Of a stretch of DNA of 64,000 nt, positions 22,211 through 35,978 are shown piece after piece. Position numbers and translations under genes: made by a program. How positions within the stretch are numbered: position 1 is the first letter of the stretch; each line of letters begins with the position of its first letter. This stretch comes from Octopus vulgaris (taxonomy: Eukaryota): contig OX597827.1 in NCBI GenBank assembly GCA_951406725.2, forward strand, positions 52,948,001 through 53,012,000, in the 5' to 3' direction. The notes under the pieces were generated by a model, which worked only from the letters and a program-made list of their open reading frames with translations, did not search any database and was not told the DNA's origin.

Positions 22211-25200
22211 CATACATACATACACACACCTCTCACTCTACATACACACACACACATACAAATACCTCTCACTCTACATACACACACACACATACAAATA
22301 CCTCTCACTCTACACACACATGCCTCTTTTAAATTTACTTAATTGTGCGAATGTTTTTGTTTGTTTAATCTCACCTGATAGTTTACTACTCTTTTAAAGA
22401 CACTCCTTCCATTTCCCCTCCCTGCCTCCATCCCCCCACTCGCTAAACTTCCTTTACGAAGCAGAGAGCAATTTTGATTTAATTGTTGGGAGAAAATGCA
22501 ATTGCGAATAAGCTAATTGTTATGTACGCTTCGACATGTAACTAAGAGCACTGATTGACTTGAACAATAATATTTTTTCAAATATCTATTTTTCTCATTT
22601 TGTAGCCCCCTCACCTCCCACCGTTTCCTATTTCTATTGTTTTACACGTGAGTTTGTTGCTTTATCTTTATTCTCTGTGTACGTTATTCTCTTAGCTATT
22701 CACTTCTAACTTGATATCTGGCCTTTATCTTTTACTTGTTCCAATCACTGGACTGTGACCATCCTGAAAAAGAGGATGAATGACGTCATCTCTTCATGCC
22801 GGCACTCTATACCAATACCGAAAGATCGCTTACACATATTCACCTCCACACAGGATGGGCTTCATTTAGTTTCCGTCTCTCAAATTTACTTACAAAGCTC
22901 TGGTTGGCTTGAGGGTGTAGTATAAAATACTTGCCCAATGCTCCACACAGTGGGATTGAACCCAGAACCGTGTGATTGGGAAGCTAACTTCTTACAACAC
23001 AGCCACGCCTAGCTGTGATACCAGTGCCAGTGGCATGTAAGAGAACCATCCGATTGGCCTCGTGCTGGTGGCACGTAAAAAGCACCATCCGTTCGTGGCT
23101 GTTGCCAGCCTTGCCTGGCCCCGTGCTGGTGGAACGTAAAAAGCACCATCCGATTGTGACTGTTTGCCAGCCTCGTCTGGCACATAAAAAGCACCCACTA
23201 CACTCACGGAATGGTTGGCGTTAGGAAGGGCATCCAGCTGTAGAAACATTGCCAGATCAGACTGGGCCTGGTGCAGCCTTCTGGCTTCCCAGACCCAAGT
23301 TGAACTGTCCAACCCATGCTAGCATGGAAAGCAGACGCTAAACGATGATGATGATGATATATATGTGTGTGTGTGTTGGAACTGCCTTGTGTACCTAATG
23401 CACAAGAGATCTATTATGCAGGCTGACAAAAAAGAAAGACTTCCTATGTAGCAAATGCGCATGAGTAGTAGCAATAAGTGCACTCATGAAATAAATTGGT
23501 TGGAGTAGATGATAGCATCCCTTAAGTAGTTGATCTGATTAACAGTGGAGGGTGTCCTAAAATCATAGCAACCAAAGAAAGAATGATGTGGATAAAGTTC
23601 TTTGCCAACTCTGCTGGCAAAGAAGGGTGCCTTCTCGAGGTGTAGGGCAGAATGTATGATGCTTGTATATGATGTAGCAAAATATGGGTATTGATTATAG
23701 AGGTTATGTGAAGGCTGTAAGGAAATGATTCAGTTGTGCTCTGCTGGTTGTGTGATGTTGATATGTATAAATGATGGAGCACAAATGAGCTGAGATAAAA
23801 ATTTTGGCATAAGAGGTATAAGATATGATATACAAAAGAGACGACTGCATGTGATAAATGTAGTACTAAGTTGTGTAAAGATAGAAGTGCCAAGCAATCC
23901 AAGTAGATAGGACCTGTGGAAGTGAAGAACTAAGCATGGTATGGAAAGTAGTATTGAAAGCTAATCTCAGATGACTGAATCTTACAAGGAAGATGACAAA
24001 GTACCACAACAAGTGGTGAGATGTTCTACTGGAGAGCATCTCACTTTCATCTGTTGCTTTTTTTTTTAGAAGCACTCCGTCGGTTACGACGACGAGGGTT
24101 CCGGTTGATCCAAATCAACAGAACAGCCTGCTTGTGAAATTAACGTGTAAGTGGCTGAGCACTCCACAGACACGTGTACCCTCCTTTAACATAGTTCTCG
24201 GGGATATTCAGCGTGACACAGAGAGTGACAAAGCCGGCCCTTTGAAATACAGGTACAAAAGAAACAGGAAGTAAGAGTGAGAGAAAGTTGTGGTGAAAGA
24301 GTACGGCAGGGATCACCACCATCCCCTGCCGGAGCCTCGTGGAGCTTTAGGTGTTTTCGCTCAATAAACACTCACAACGCCCGGTCTGGGAATCGAAACC
24401 ACGAGTCCGCTGCCCTAACCGCTAGGCCATTGCGCCTCCACTCATCTGTTGCAAACATACAAAGACAGGTATAAAACTGGCCATATATATATCATACTTA
24501 TTGTAAATACTTCATTGAAAAGCAATATACTGTGGTATTCATCCAGAGATAACAATAATTTTTTGTGTGTCATCTTGTCTTGATATCACATGATGGTTGT
24601 AAATGAGTATTGTTCATTGACAATCATTCTTGAAAAAACATCTGGCCATGGAAAACCATTAGTTTGCTTGGCAACAGGTGAATGTTGGCCACAGAAAGGG
24701 CTTACAACCATAGAAAAGTCTGCCTCAAAGATTTCAGTTTTTATTACTTTTGCCCACATCTTTTGTTGCTCTTTCTGTTCCAGTTTCCTTCCACTTGGAT
24801 ATCCCGGTTTTTCTTTACTCATCTCTTCCATATGCATCATATTTCCAATTCAATGCAATATTCATTCTTGCACACTACAATTGATTCTCCTTTTCCCCAA
24901 TTAATCACTCAGTTCATCTTTTCCATTACACATTCAGTAGAGTGGTGGTTCCCAATTTGGGGTCTGTGGAACCCTGGTGGTCTGGAAAGGTAGTACTGGG
25001 GGTTCATGAGCTAAATTCAAAATTTCATATTATATATATATATATATATGAAATGTATACGTGCGGGTGGCACATAAAAAGCACCCACTACACTCACGGA
25101 GTGGTTGACGTTAGGAAGGGCATCCAGCCGTAGAAACACTGCCAGATCTGACTGGGCCTGATGCAGCCTTCCGGCTTCACAGACCCCAGTTGAACCGTCC

Positions 25201-25412
25201 AACCCATTCTAGCATGGAAAACGGACGCTAAATGATGATGACGATGATGATGATGATATTGGTAAAAACAGTAAGATAACAAAAGGAAGAAAGAGACCTC
25301 AATATTATGTAAATAGAGGTTATCGAAGAGATGGTGGTATGGATTTCCACCTCACCATCCAAAACTCAGAGTTTTATCTTGGCTACTGAATAATTGTCAC
25401 ATATTATTTTAC

Positions 25413-25463
<51 letters not shown>

Positions 25464-28400
25464 CATAAGAACAAGCATATTAAAACTCATTTAAATAAAA
25501 GGGTTGGGAACCACTGGGAAAAAGTTGGGAACTACTGCAGTAGAGTATGCTTGCTTCAATTCTCTCCAACCTTCAAACATTCTCTGTGTTCAGTGTCTAC
25601 ATCTCACTACCATGCATCATTGCACTTTGTACACATCAAACATACAATCTACAATCTATTTTTATTAAAAAAGTACTGCTTTTTTTCTCAGACTTAAATA
25701 TTATTGTGTTGATGAATGTGCATTTGTTTCTTCAGTCTGCGTTTCTTGAAACAAAAGTAATTAAATAAGTGTTGATTTAATTGACTGTTTCCACCCAAAT
25801 GTGAAGCTTTGTGTCTCAAAATTTTTATTGTTCGGAGAGTGGTTGGGTGACAGAAATGGTAGTTGGCCAAATAAAATGCATTGAGGTATTTAGTTGTATC
25901 CTTTTACATTCCAAGTTCAAATCCTATTGAGATCACCTTTGTCCTTTGGGATCAATAAAATTAACATCTGACATTTACTCGTGTTGATATTGACAATACT
26001 CTTCTTGAAATATTTGTAATCTTGTATTTAGTATATCTTTTATCTTTTACTTGTTTCACTTATTAGACTGTGGCCATGCTGGGGCACTGCCTTCAAGAAT
26101 TTTTAGTTGAATGAATCAACCCCTGTACTTTTTTTTTGGCAGGATTTGATACTTATTCTCTCTGTCCCTTTTGCCAAACCACTAAGTTATGGGGATGTAA
26201 ACACACCAGTTGTCAAGTGATGGAAGTGAAACAAATGCAGACACAAAGACAGACGTGTGTGTGAGATGGGCTTCTTCCAGTTTCCGTCTACCAAATCTAT
26301 TCACAAGGCTTTGGTTGGCACAAGGCTTTATCAGAAGACACTTATCCAAGCTTCCACGTAGTGGGATTGGACCCTGGACCATGTGGTTGGAAAGCAAGCT
26401 TCTTATTTCTTTACTGCCCACGAGGGGCTAAATACAAAAAGGACAGACACACGGGGATTAAGTCGATTATATCGACCCCAGTGCGTAACTGGTACTTATT
26501 TAATCGACCCCGAAAAGATGAAAGGCAAAGTTGACCTCGGCAGAATTTGAACTCAGAACATAGACGAAATACCACTAAGCATTTTGCCCGGCGTGCAAAC
26601 GTTTCTGCCAACTTGCCGCCTTGGAAAGCAAGCTTCTTACACAGCCATGCCTGTGTGTAAGAAATACTTATTGTAAGAAATTATTAATATTGTCAATAGA
26701 CTATACTATTCTTTGCAGTTTACAAGTTTATTAATAATTTGCATTTTACTAGTACATATATCTGACCTAAAGTAATATTTTAGTTTATTTGATAGAACAA
26801 ATATACTTATAGATATTCTGTTGAATAATATTATGTTGCAGTTATTGGGCAGGTGGGGATGTAAGAAGTTCAACTGCTTCTTTTCATACATCTATTAACT
26901 GAGTTATTTTTGTTAGAAAGAACTGCACTTGTTTGAATCTCTCTAATCTGTGTCACCTGATTTTATTGTCCCCATGCTCCTTGCTTCAGGCAAATTAAAT
27001 AATTACTAATTTCTCATATGCTCCCATTCATAGGCATAGCTATTAAACTCTTCTTTGTAGTATATGAATTGATAATTTCTACTGTATCTGCAACCTTTTA
27101 TTTATTTTTTTTGTTGTAATATTTAAAACTGTTAAAACAAATTTCATCATATTTTAATTGAGTGTTTAGAAACACTGTTTGAACTAGTAGAGTTAGTTTG
27201 TGTGTCTGAAATACTCTATTTATCTTAAAATCAACAATTACTGGACTGTGTTGAGTTTTACTGAAACTTAGCCGAGACTTCAAGGCACTAAGCATTTGAG
27301 TGACACTTGTTTTGCTGGGTAAAGCACCATTCTAACAACAAAATTTGTTTATGAGAAAATTTGTGTTGAGAGTTGTAATTATGCAGTTTTCTCTTGTTGC
27401 TTATTGCAGTGCTGTGTACCTCCCACAAAACCTATTTATAGCTAGATGGAGAGGTATACAATGTTTTGGCCATGGACACATCAAAACATTGAAAAGATAT
27501 AAACTGCCGACCCTTTCACTAGTGGGCTGACATCCAACTAGCTTAGCCAAATGTGTCTCTGCTGAACTGTTGTACGCATGTGTGTGAGTGTGTGAGAGAG
27601 AGAGAGAGAGTCAGGCAGAGAGAAATGTGATACAAATGGATGTAAAATAAGTTTGGACAAAAATACATTACTAATAAGCATTCATTTGTTGTTGTTTAAC
27701 ACCAGGTCATTCTTTGCTCCCATCTTCACTCTGTCTTTCTGTATATCAGTGATTATATCATTTGATGTGTCCTTTTTGTTAAGATGATAAGGTGATTTGG
27801 CTGCTATTTCTAACAGGTTGAGCAACCATATAGAGGCTCCCTCATTATCTAGCCCATGCATGTATTTGATAATCTGACTGAAGTGTTATTCATGATGTGA
27901 ACCTTTTCTTGAATTTTATTTGAGAAACACTATCAGTTAATTCTGTTGTGTCTGGGGAGAGTAATTTTCTTTTTGTGCCTTGTAATTTAACACACTCACC
28001 AGTAAAATTTCCACTTATTCCTTATTTTTATTTTCCTAAAATTTTCGTTGCGTCTTGCAACCTTTTCAACAGTCTTGATTGAGAGTCAAGGCTATTGAAA
28101 AGGTTGCAAGATGCAACAAAAATTTTAGGAAAATAAAAATAAGGAATAAGTGGAAATTTTACCGGTGAGTGTGTTAAATTATAAGGCACAAAAAGAAAAT
28201 GACTCTCCCTAGACACAACAGAATATGCTTCAACACACGAACTCACATAAAGAATCTTGCAAACCAAACCAAAAACGAAATACTATCAGTTAAGTTAATC
28301 CTTTCACAAACTTTAATGACACTGGTTCAAAGGGACAGTATTTATCTCTGATTGGTAGAGCATAAGATTATTACTAATATTATTTTTTTCTCTTCTAAGG

Positions 28401-29181
28401 TTTCCTCTAAGCTAATACTGAAACTGAACAAACTCTACTGGAATTATTAAAGTTGTTCTCAAGGAAAAATAAAATAAACATATATAGATATGAAAAGGAA
28501 AAAATTAAAAAAGAGAAGGAAAGAGAAAGAGAAGAGGAAAAGGAAAGAATGTGGCTGTTTAGTAAGAAGTTTACTTCTCAGCCACGCAGTTCTGGGTTCA
28601 GCCCCATCTTGTGGCACCTTGAATGTCTTCTACTATAGCCTTGTGAGTGGATTTGGTAGACAGAAACTGAAAGAAGCCCATCGTGTGTGTGTGTGTGTGT
28701 TTGTCTTTGTCCTTCCACCACTGCTTGAAGACTGGTGTTTGTGTGTTTATGTCCCCCTAACTTAGTGGTTTGGCAAAAGAAACTGAGAGAATAAGTACTG
28801 GGGTCAATTAGTTTGACTAAAATTGCTCAAGGCAGTGCCCCAGCATTGCCGCAGTCTAAAGACTGAAACAAGTAAAAAATAAAAGAAAAGATATATTTAC
28901 ATGATGTATTAGATATATATATAGTGGAGGCATGTGGCTTAGTTTTTAGGTTGTCAGCATCATGATCTTAAGATTGTTTTCGATTCCTGGACCGGGCGAT
29001 GCGTTGGGTTCTTGAGCAAAACACTTTATTTCACGTTGCTCCAGTCCACTCAGCTGGCAAAAATGAGTAACGCTGTGATGGACTGGTGTCCCATCCAGCT
29101 GGGGAACACATATGCCATTGAAACCGAGAAACTGGGCCCATGAGCCTGGCTAGGCTTTAAAAGGGCGCATTTATTTTTATG

Positions 29182-29228
<47 letters not shown>

Positions 29229-32200
29229 CTTGAATTATATACATATATTATATATGTATATTATATACATATATTATATATGTATATTATATCTATATTA
29301 TAAATGTATTGTCTTTTAACAGTTTAAGATCTCCAAATACCTGACAAGATAGGTTTGTTCTACAAGCCTGTGACACTTTAAGTGGGATGGAGCCAAGTCA
29401 AACTTATTAAAAATGTGTAATTCTTACCAAATGTGTTAAGAATGCTATTTTCCTTTGGTTGTTCATTCAGTCATATATATATTGTTAGTGGCTGTCATTT
29501 GTAGGTCAGTGATAAGTTCTTCTGTTCCAAGGATGTTTTGGAACAAAATGTCCTAGACAGTGAGTAAGGCTCCTGGTGTCATCCACCCACCATCAGACTG
29601 CCTCTCTGGGCTTCCACACCAAGTGATGTACAAGAGTGCAACAAGCAGGGTCAACTTTGAGGCTGCCTGCAGTAGCATATCACTTGTTAGTTGACACCCA
29701 ACTGTTGTCTGATGGTACAGAGCTTCTGGTTGGCCATAATAACCTGCAAACTGCTAGTCTAGGACTCTGCTTTGTTAGTTATCCAACAATGTCCATATAT
29801 CATATATATACATGTATATATATTTCTTTATTACCCACAAAGGGTTAAACACAGAGGGGACAAACAAGGACAGACAAAAGGATTAAGTCAATTACATCGA
29901 CCCCAGTGCGTAACTGGTACTTAATTTATCGACCCCAAAAGGATGAAAGGCAAAGTCGACCTTGGCAGAATTTGAACTTGGAACGTAACAGCAGACGAAA
30001 TACGGCAGCGCATTTCGCCCGGTGTCCTAACGTTTCTGCCAGCTCACCGCCTGTATACATGTATATATGTATATACATATATGTATATACACACACACAG
30101 AGGGAGAAAGAGAGAGACAGCTGTTGGATTTGCCAACTATTCAAGATGTCTGGAACGAAGCCATCAAGTGGAACTAAGAGTAGTGGTGCAAAAAAAAAAA
30201 ATAATAAAAAAAGGAACCTTTAGAAAATTATACTGGATATCAAGCTTGATGTTTTAAAAAGGCTTGGTGTGGGGTGGTGGTAGAAATCAGTCACATTGCC
30301 AAAACATTAAAGTTTATGATCTGCACAGAAAGAAAATTAAGTCAAGTGTTCAAGAAGCTACTCTGTTAACTGTCCAGACCTTATTTTTTTCATAGATATA
30401 ATGTTACACCTGAAATAGGGCAATTTTGAGGTACAGTAACCACTTGCCATATCGTACTTCATGTATCATGCCCTCAGTACATTGTGGATTTTTCTGGCTA
30501 ATATATGTAAATTTATATCATGGTAAATATTTCTGTGGTAAAATAAGCATTTTCATGCCTAAAAATTAATAAATTAATAAATAGAAATACAGTGCAGTAC
30601 TGCACTGTTTAACACATTAATTAAAATATATTTAAAGAAAACAATTGTAGATAAGTAAACAGATATAATGTTACACCTGAAATAGGGCAATTTTGAGGTA
30701 CAGTAACCACTTGCCATATCGTACTTCATGTATCATGCCCTCAGTACATTGTGGATTTTTCTGGCTAATATATGTAAATTTATATCATGGTAAATATTTC
30801 TGTGGTAAAATAAACATTTTCACGCCTAAAAATTAATAAATTAATAAATAGAAATACAGTGCAGTACTGCACTGTTTAACACATTAATTAAAATATATTT
30901 AAAGAAAATAATTGTAGATGAGTTAACAAAGAATTGCACATACTGTATGGAAAGCGAAACTTGGAAGGGGAGTGTGTAGTGTTGTTTTGCATTTATAATA
31001 AAATAAATATATACAAATTATAAAAAAAAAAAAATATATATATACAGTACTGTTTCTACTTCATGGATTTTCACCTATTGTGGGGGTTGGGGTTGGATTG
31101 TAACAGCCATGATAGTCAAGGGATTACTGTATATGGATCAAGGATAAGATTCAGCACAATGTACCAATAAGCACTATGGTAATTAAAAAAGAGCCAGAAG
31201 TTTATGTGATGATTTCCAGAAAAAGGAAGGTGGAACTTTTAATGAAAAATGTTTCCTGGCTAGTAAAGACTGGTCTGAAAAGTTTAAGAAATCTTGAATT
31301 TGCACAACTGATGAAACTGCCAGTTTTGATACCAAGGCTGCCACTAATTATTCTGAGCAGCTGAAGAAAAATGGTTGCTCAGTGAGGCAACATATCAGAG
31401 TGATTATACAATGTTGATGAAATTGCACTTTTGTAGAAGCTCCTGCCTACTAGAACTATTATTTTTCACAAAGAAGAATCAACACCATGATTTAGAGCTT
31501 CCAAAAAATCACCTGACATTTCTTCTCTGCTGGTAATAGGAAATTGAAATTCCTACTTGTGTTGCTCCAAAAATTCATGGTTTTCAAGAGTTATGCAAAG
31601 TTAATTTGCCTCTGATTTGGCATTCAAATAAGGCATGGATGACTAAGAATCTTTTCATAGAGTTCTTTTACAAACATTTTATGTCCTGCCATAATATTTT
31701 TAATAAAACATTACTCCTTTTAGACAATGTACCAAACCACCCATTGAAATTAAATGAGCTTTCTGATGATGTGAGAGTAGACTATATCCCCCAAGAAAGC
31801 AACTTTTTGCTCCAGCCAATAGATCATTCATATATTCATGCATATATATTTTTTCTCCCCCTTGACCAAAAACAATTCCCCACCCTTTTCCCTCCACATT
31901 ATTTTTTTTCTAATACCACTCCCCTTGTTAATTTCTGTGTTTCGGCCAAAACAGCCCTATTGAATACTACCGGTCAAATGACCGTACTTAAATTCCTCAT
32001 TCTCTCTTGCTTTCTTCATGCACACATAAGACAGCAAATCACCAGATGTCTTGGTCTTTTCTCAACTCCTCAATGACATTCAGCATCTGAAGATCATTTC
32101 TCAACATTTCGTCTCCTGTCTTTGTGGATCTTCCTCTACTGCATGTTCCTTCTGCAATTAGAGATTGGCATTTCTTTATGCAGTTGTTCTCATCTATGCA

Positions 32201-35200
32201 CATCACATGACAATACAAGCACTATCTTCTGTCTTGCACACTACATCTGATGGCTCTTATTTTCAATTTTTCTCTTAAGACATTTGCACTTTGTCAGACA
32301 TGCTCAGTGAATTCAAAAGCAGAAAAACTCCAAAGGGCATGTCGTGGGAAAACAAACTTTTTAACCATACAGTCATGCATATGTGTGTGTGTGTGTGTGT
32401 TGCAGTAAAAATTTGACAATTCATTTCATTCATTTATTGTTTTGATTTAGAAAGACCAATACAGGGTGTTGTCATTTAGCCTTGGTCAACTTTGATTCAG
32501 CAGTTCTAAGATGAAAGACATTCTATCCATGACTATTCTGTCTTTTTTAAGCGTAGTGTATCTGAATTTCCTGATTTAATATATTCTTTCTTTTCCCAAA
32601 ACATAAGTATAATTTGAAAATTTGAAGAGGTCATTGCTTACTATTTCTAGCAAGTTGAGTAACTATGTAAAGGTTGCTATATCGGCTTAGGGGGCTTATT
32701 CATTGGTTTTTAAATTAGAATGTTAGTGGATATTGAATGAAATTTGTAAAGGTAATATGAAACTTTATAGTTTGATGTTAATATTTATTTAGCATGAATG
32801 TATGGAAGAGAATAAGCAAATGCCACAAATAGTTACAGGATGAACATGTTGCAGAATTATTTGGCCATCGGACTTGGACCACTATATCTGAAGTGAGAAA
32901 AAAAACTCAAGAATACAATTGCAGTTTGCTAGAATATTACCAATATTTAAAAAAAATCTGACCATTCAAGACTATGTGTAGCACTGGATCTCACAACAAT
33001 TTCATCTTTGGCATGCTTTTTCTGAGCAAGACCACCACCAATATATTCAGCACATTTTAGCAGATGACAGACAGTAGACCAGATACAAAAATGACTGTCA
33101 GCAGACAATAGCAGAACCAGCAGATGGGCAAAATGCTGTCACAGCACAAAAAGAATGGATGGATAGTGACAGCAACACACAATGATCAGCTAACATCAAG
33201 GAACCCATGACAGCAACTACTATCATACGTAGTCCAAGAACAATAAATTTTGAACTATCTCAATGTTTGTCCTTCATAGTAATGACAACATTTTTCTGTT
33301 TACAATATAAAGAAATATTTTCTGACCTTACCACTCACATTTTGCCAAAAAAAAATCTTTTGCTTCATGTATAATCAGAAAATGCTTTTCATGAACAATG
33401 CAAGCTAAACATGAAGTAGAATGTTTGAATTATTAAAAATGAATAAAAATATAATAAGCTCTATAGAATGATAATAAAAATTACAACCTATTTGTATGTC
33501 ACAAATGGTTATAAAGAAAGCTAAGTCATACTTGATTGTCTTTTCCATCCTTTATGATGTGAGCTTTGTTGTGCCCAAACTTGAAAACACTTTATATAAG
33601 TTTATTGATTTAAAATTTTCTGCTTATGTAAATAGATTGGCTCTAACATAGGCGTAGGAGTGGCTGTGTGGTAAGTAGCTTGTTTACCAACCACATGGTT
33701 CCGGGTTCAATCCCACTGTGTGGCACCTTGGGCAAGTGTCTTCTACTATAGCCTCGGGCCAACCAAAGCCTTGTGAGTGGATTTGGTAGACGGAAACTGA
33801 AAGAAGCCAGTCGTATATATGTATATATATATGTATGCGTTTGTGTGTCTGTGTTTGTCCCCCTAGCATTGCTTGACAACCGATGCTAGTGTGTTTATGT
33901 CCCCGTTTGCGGTTCGGCAAAGAGACTGATAGAATAAGTACTGGGCTTACAAAAGTCCTGGGGTCGAGTTGCTCGATTAAAGGCGGTGCTCCAGCATGGT
34001 CGCAGTCAAATGACTGAAACAAGTAAAAGAGTAACATGAGCAAATTCTTTAAAAAGATATATAAAAATACAATTGAATTTTTATAATACTGTTTCAAAAC
34101 TTCTGTCAATTCTATTTTTTGTCATTCTCTTTCTTTTGCAATTTATTCAGTGTTTTAACTAGTGATGAAACTCATGAGTTGTTTTATTAATCATCAGAAA
34201 TTAATAGAAAAATAATTTCTGTGGTTGTGTGGTTAAGAAGCTCACTTTGCAACCACATGGTTTCAAGTTCACCACATGGCACCTCTTTTACTATAACCCC
34301 AGGCTGACCAGTACCTTGTCAGTAAATTTGGCAGATGGAAACAGTCTGGAAACCTGTCACATATACATGTATATGTGTGTGTGTTTTTATATCAGTGTTT
34401 ACTTCCTCCCCACTCACTCGACAACTGGCATTGGTTTGTTTATGTTCTTGTAACTTAGTGGCCCAGCAAAAGAGACCAAAAAAATAAGTGCCAGACTTAA
34501 AAATAAGTACTTGGGTTCATTTGTTTGACAACAACCCTTCAAGGCCACAGTCCAATGACAGAAACAAGTAAAAGAAAAGTAAATTAGAATTTCTTTTGTT
34601 AATTAATAATCTAATAATATTTTTATAGAAGAAAACAAATGAATTAGGTATATTCACCAAAATGCTTGAAGACTTGGTGATCTACATGAGGTATCAAATA
34701 ACCATCATGCATATGCTATAACACCTTTGGAGACTTGATCTGTATGAAAAAGCATACTTTCTGATGAAGGGATCTGGCTAAAATGTTAGAATATTTTCAT
34801 TGCAGTTGTGGCACTATGTCTAAAAATAAGCCTATTGCAAGATACTTTTAAAGTAATATCACTGGATTAGTTGTATGGATTAGGTGTTTTGACAAGAATT
34901 TTTATCATGAGAATTTGATTTGTGAATTGTGAATTTTCATCCCATTACAGGTATTTTATTTTTTTTACTTGAAAAATTTATTAAGATGAATTGTAAAGTC
35001 ATTAGAGTATTAGATTGACTACCTTGTGATATTTGTTCTGACTTTGAGATAAAATCCCACCAAGGTCAACTTTGTCTTCATCCTTTCAGCGTCGATAGAA
35101 AAAATACCAACCTAGGGTAGTTGGTGTAAGGTCTGGTGAAAATAATGGATGGCAGAGTACTTCCAAGTTCAGTTCCTGTAACTTGAGTGGCGTTCTTTGT

Positions 35201-35938
35201 GCAACATGATGTCAAGTATTGTTTTGCAAGAGAATTGGCTGATCTCTATTGACTAATCATAGTTGTTTAATTACAAGTTCACTCATCATTTCATCCAATT
35301 AGTTGATGTATAAATCTGCTGTAATTGACTTAGTCTCATGAAGCTGTAGTAGATGACACCAGCGCTGGACCACCAAACAGACACCATTAGCTTTTTTTGG
35401 TGAATATTCTTTTTTGGATTGTGTTTTGACACTTCATCTCTATCCAACCACCATATAGAACGCTTACTATTGTTGAAAATAATCCATTTTTCATCACATG
35501 TAACAATACAATGCAAAAATGGTCCGCTTTTATGCTATGATAGCAAAGAACAGCAAGTTTCAGATTGACGTGTCATTTAATGCTCGTTCAGTTTATGTGG
35601 TACCCACTTGTCTAGCTTGTTTACCTTGCCGATTCGTTTCAGATGGTCCAATACAGCTGGAATTGGAACCTCAAACCTTGCTGCTAACTCATGCATAGTT
35701 TGAGATGTATCCTCTTCCACTACAGTTTCCAGCTCATCGTTATCCAGCTTGGTCTTAGGTCTACTATGGGGCTGATTTTCAAGAGTAAAGTCACCAGACC
35801 AGAACTTCTCAAACCATCGATGTAGAGTGCACTCATTTGCCACATCTTCACCAAACACCTCTTTGATGTTTTGAGCTGTCTGAAGAAAATCGGACATTTC
35901 ATTCTTAATGACCTGATAGTATCAGAGAGAGAGAGAGA

Positions 35939-35978
<40 letters not shown>

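Noticed and set aside
21830-22342. ORFs with YI/YT/HI repeats (also 906-1241, 29050-29244 and 59243-59670)
   Set aside because: They are translations of (TA)n/(TG)n microsatellites, which lack stop codons.
23020-23200. Repeat-spacer-like array resembling CRISPR
   Set aside because: The DNA is eukaryotic, the 'spacers' resemble each other, there are no cas genes, and the array is part of a retroposon.
24380-24441. tRNA-like heads here and at 33650, 28924, 54735 and 63000 as tRNA genes
   Set aside because: They lack a complete cloverleaf or acceptor stem and are joined to repeat bodies, so they are SINE heads.
34629-34760. Exon-like segment (ttttatag..[20 protein letters not shown]..gtatc) in HPS1 intron 1
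   Set aside because: HPS1 exons 1 and 2 join without it, its length would shift the frame, and I recognise no homology.
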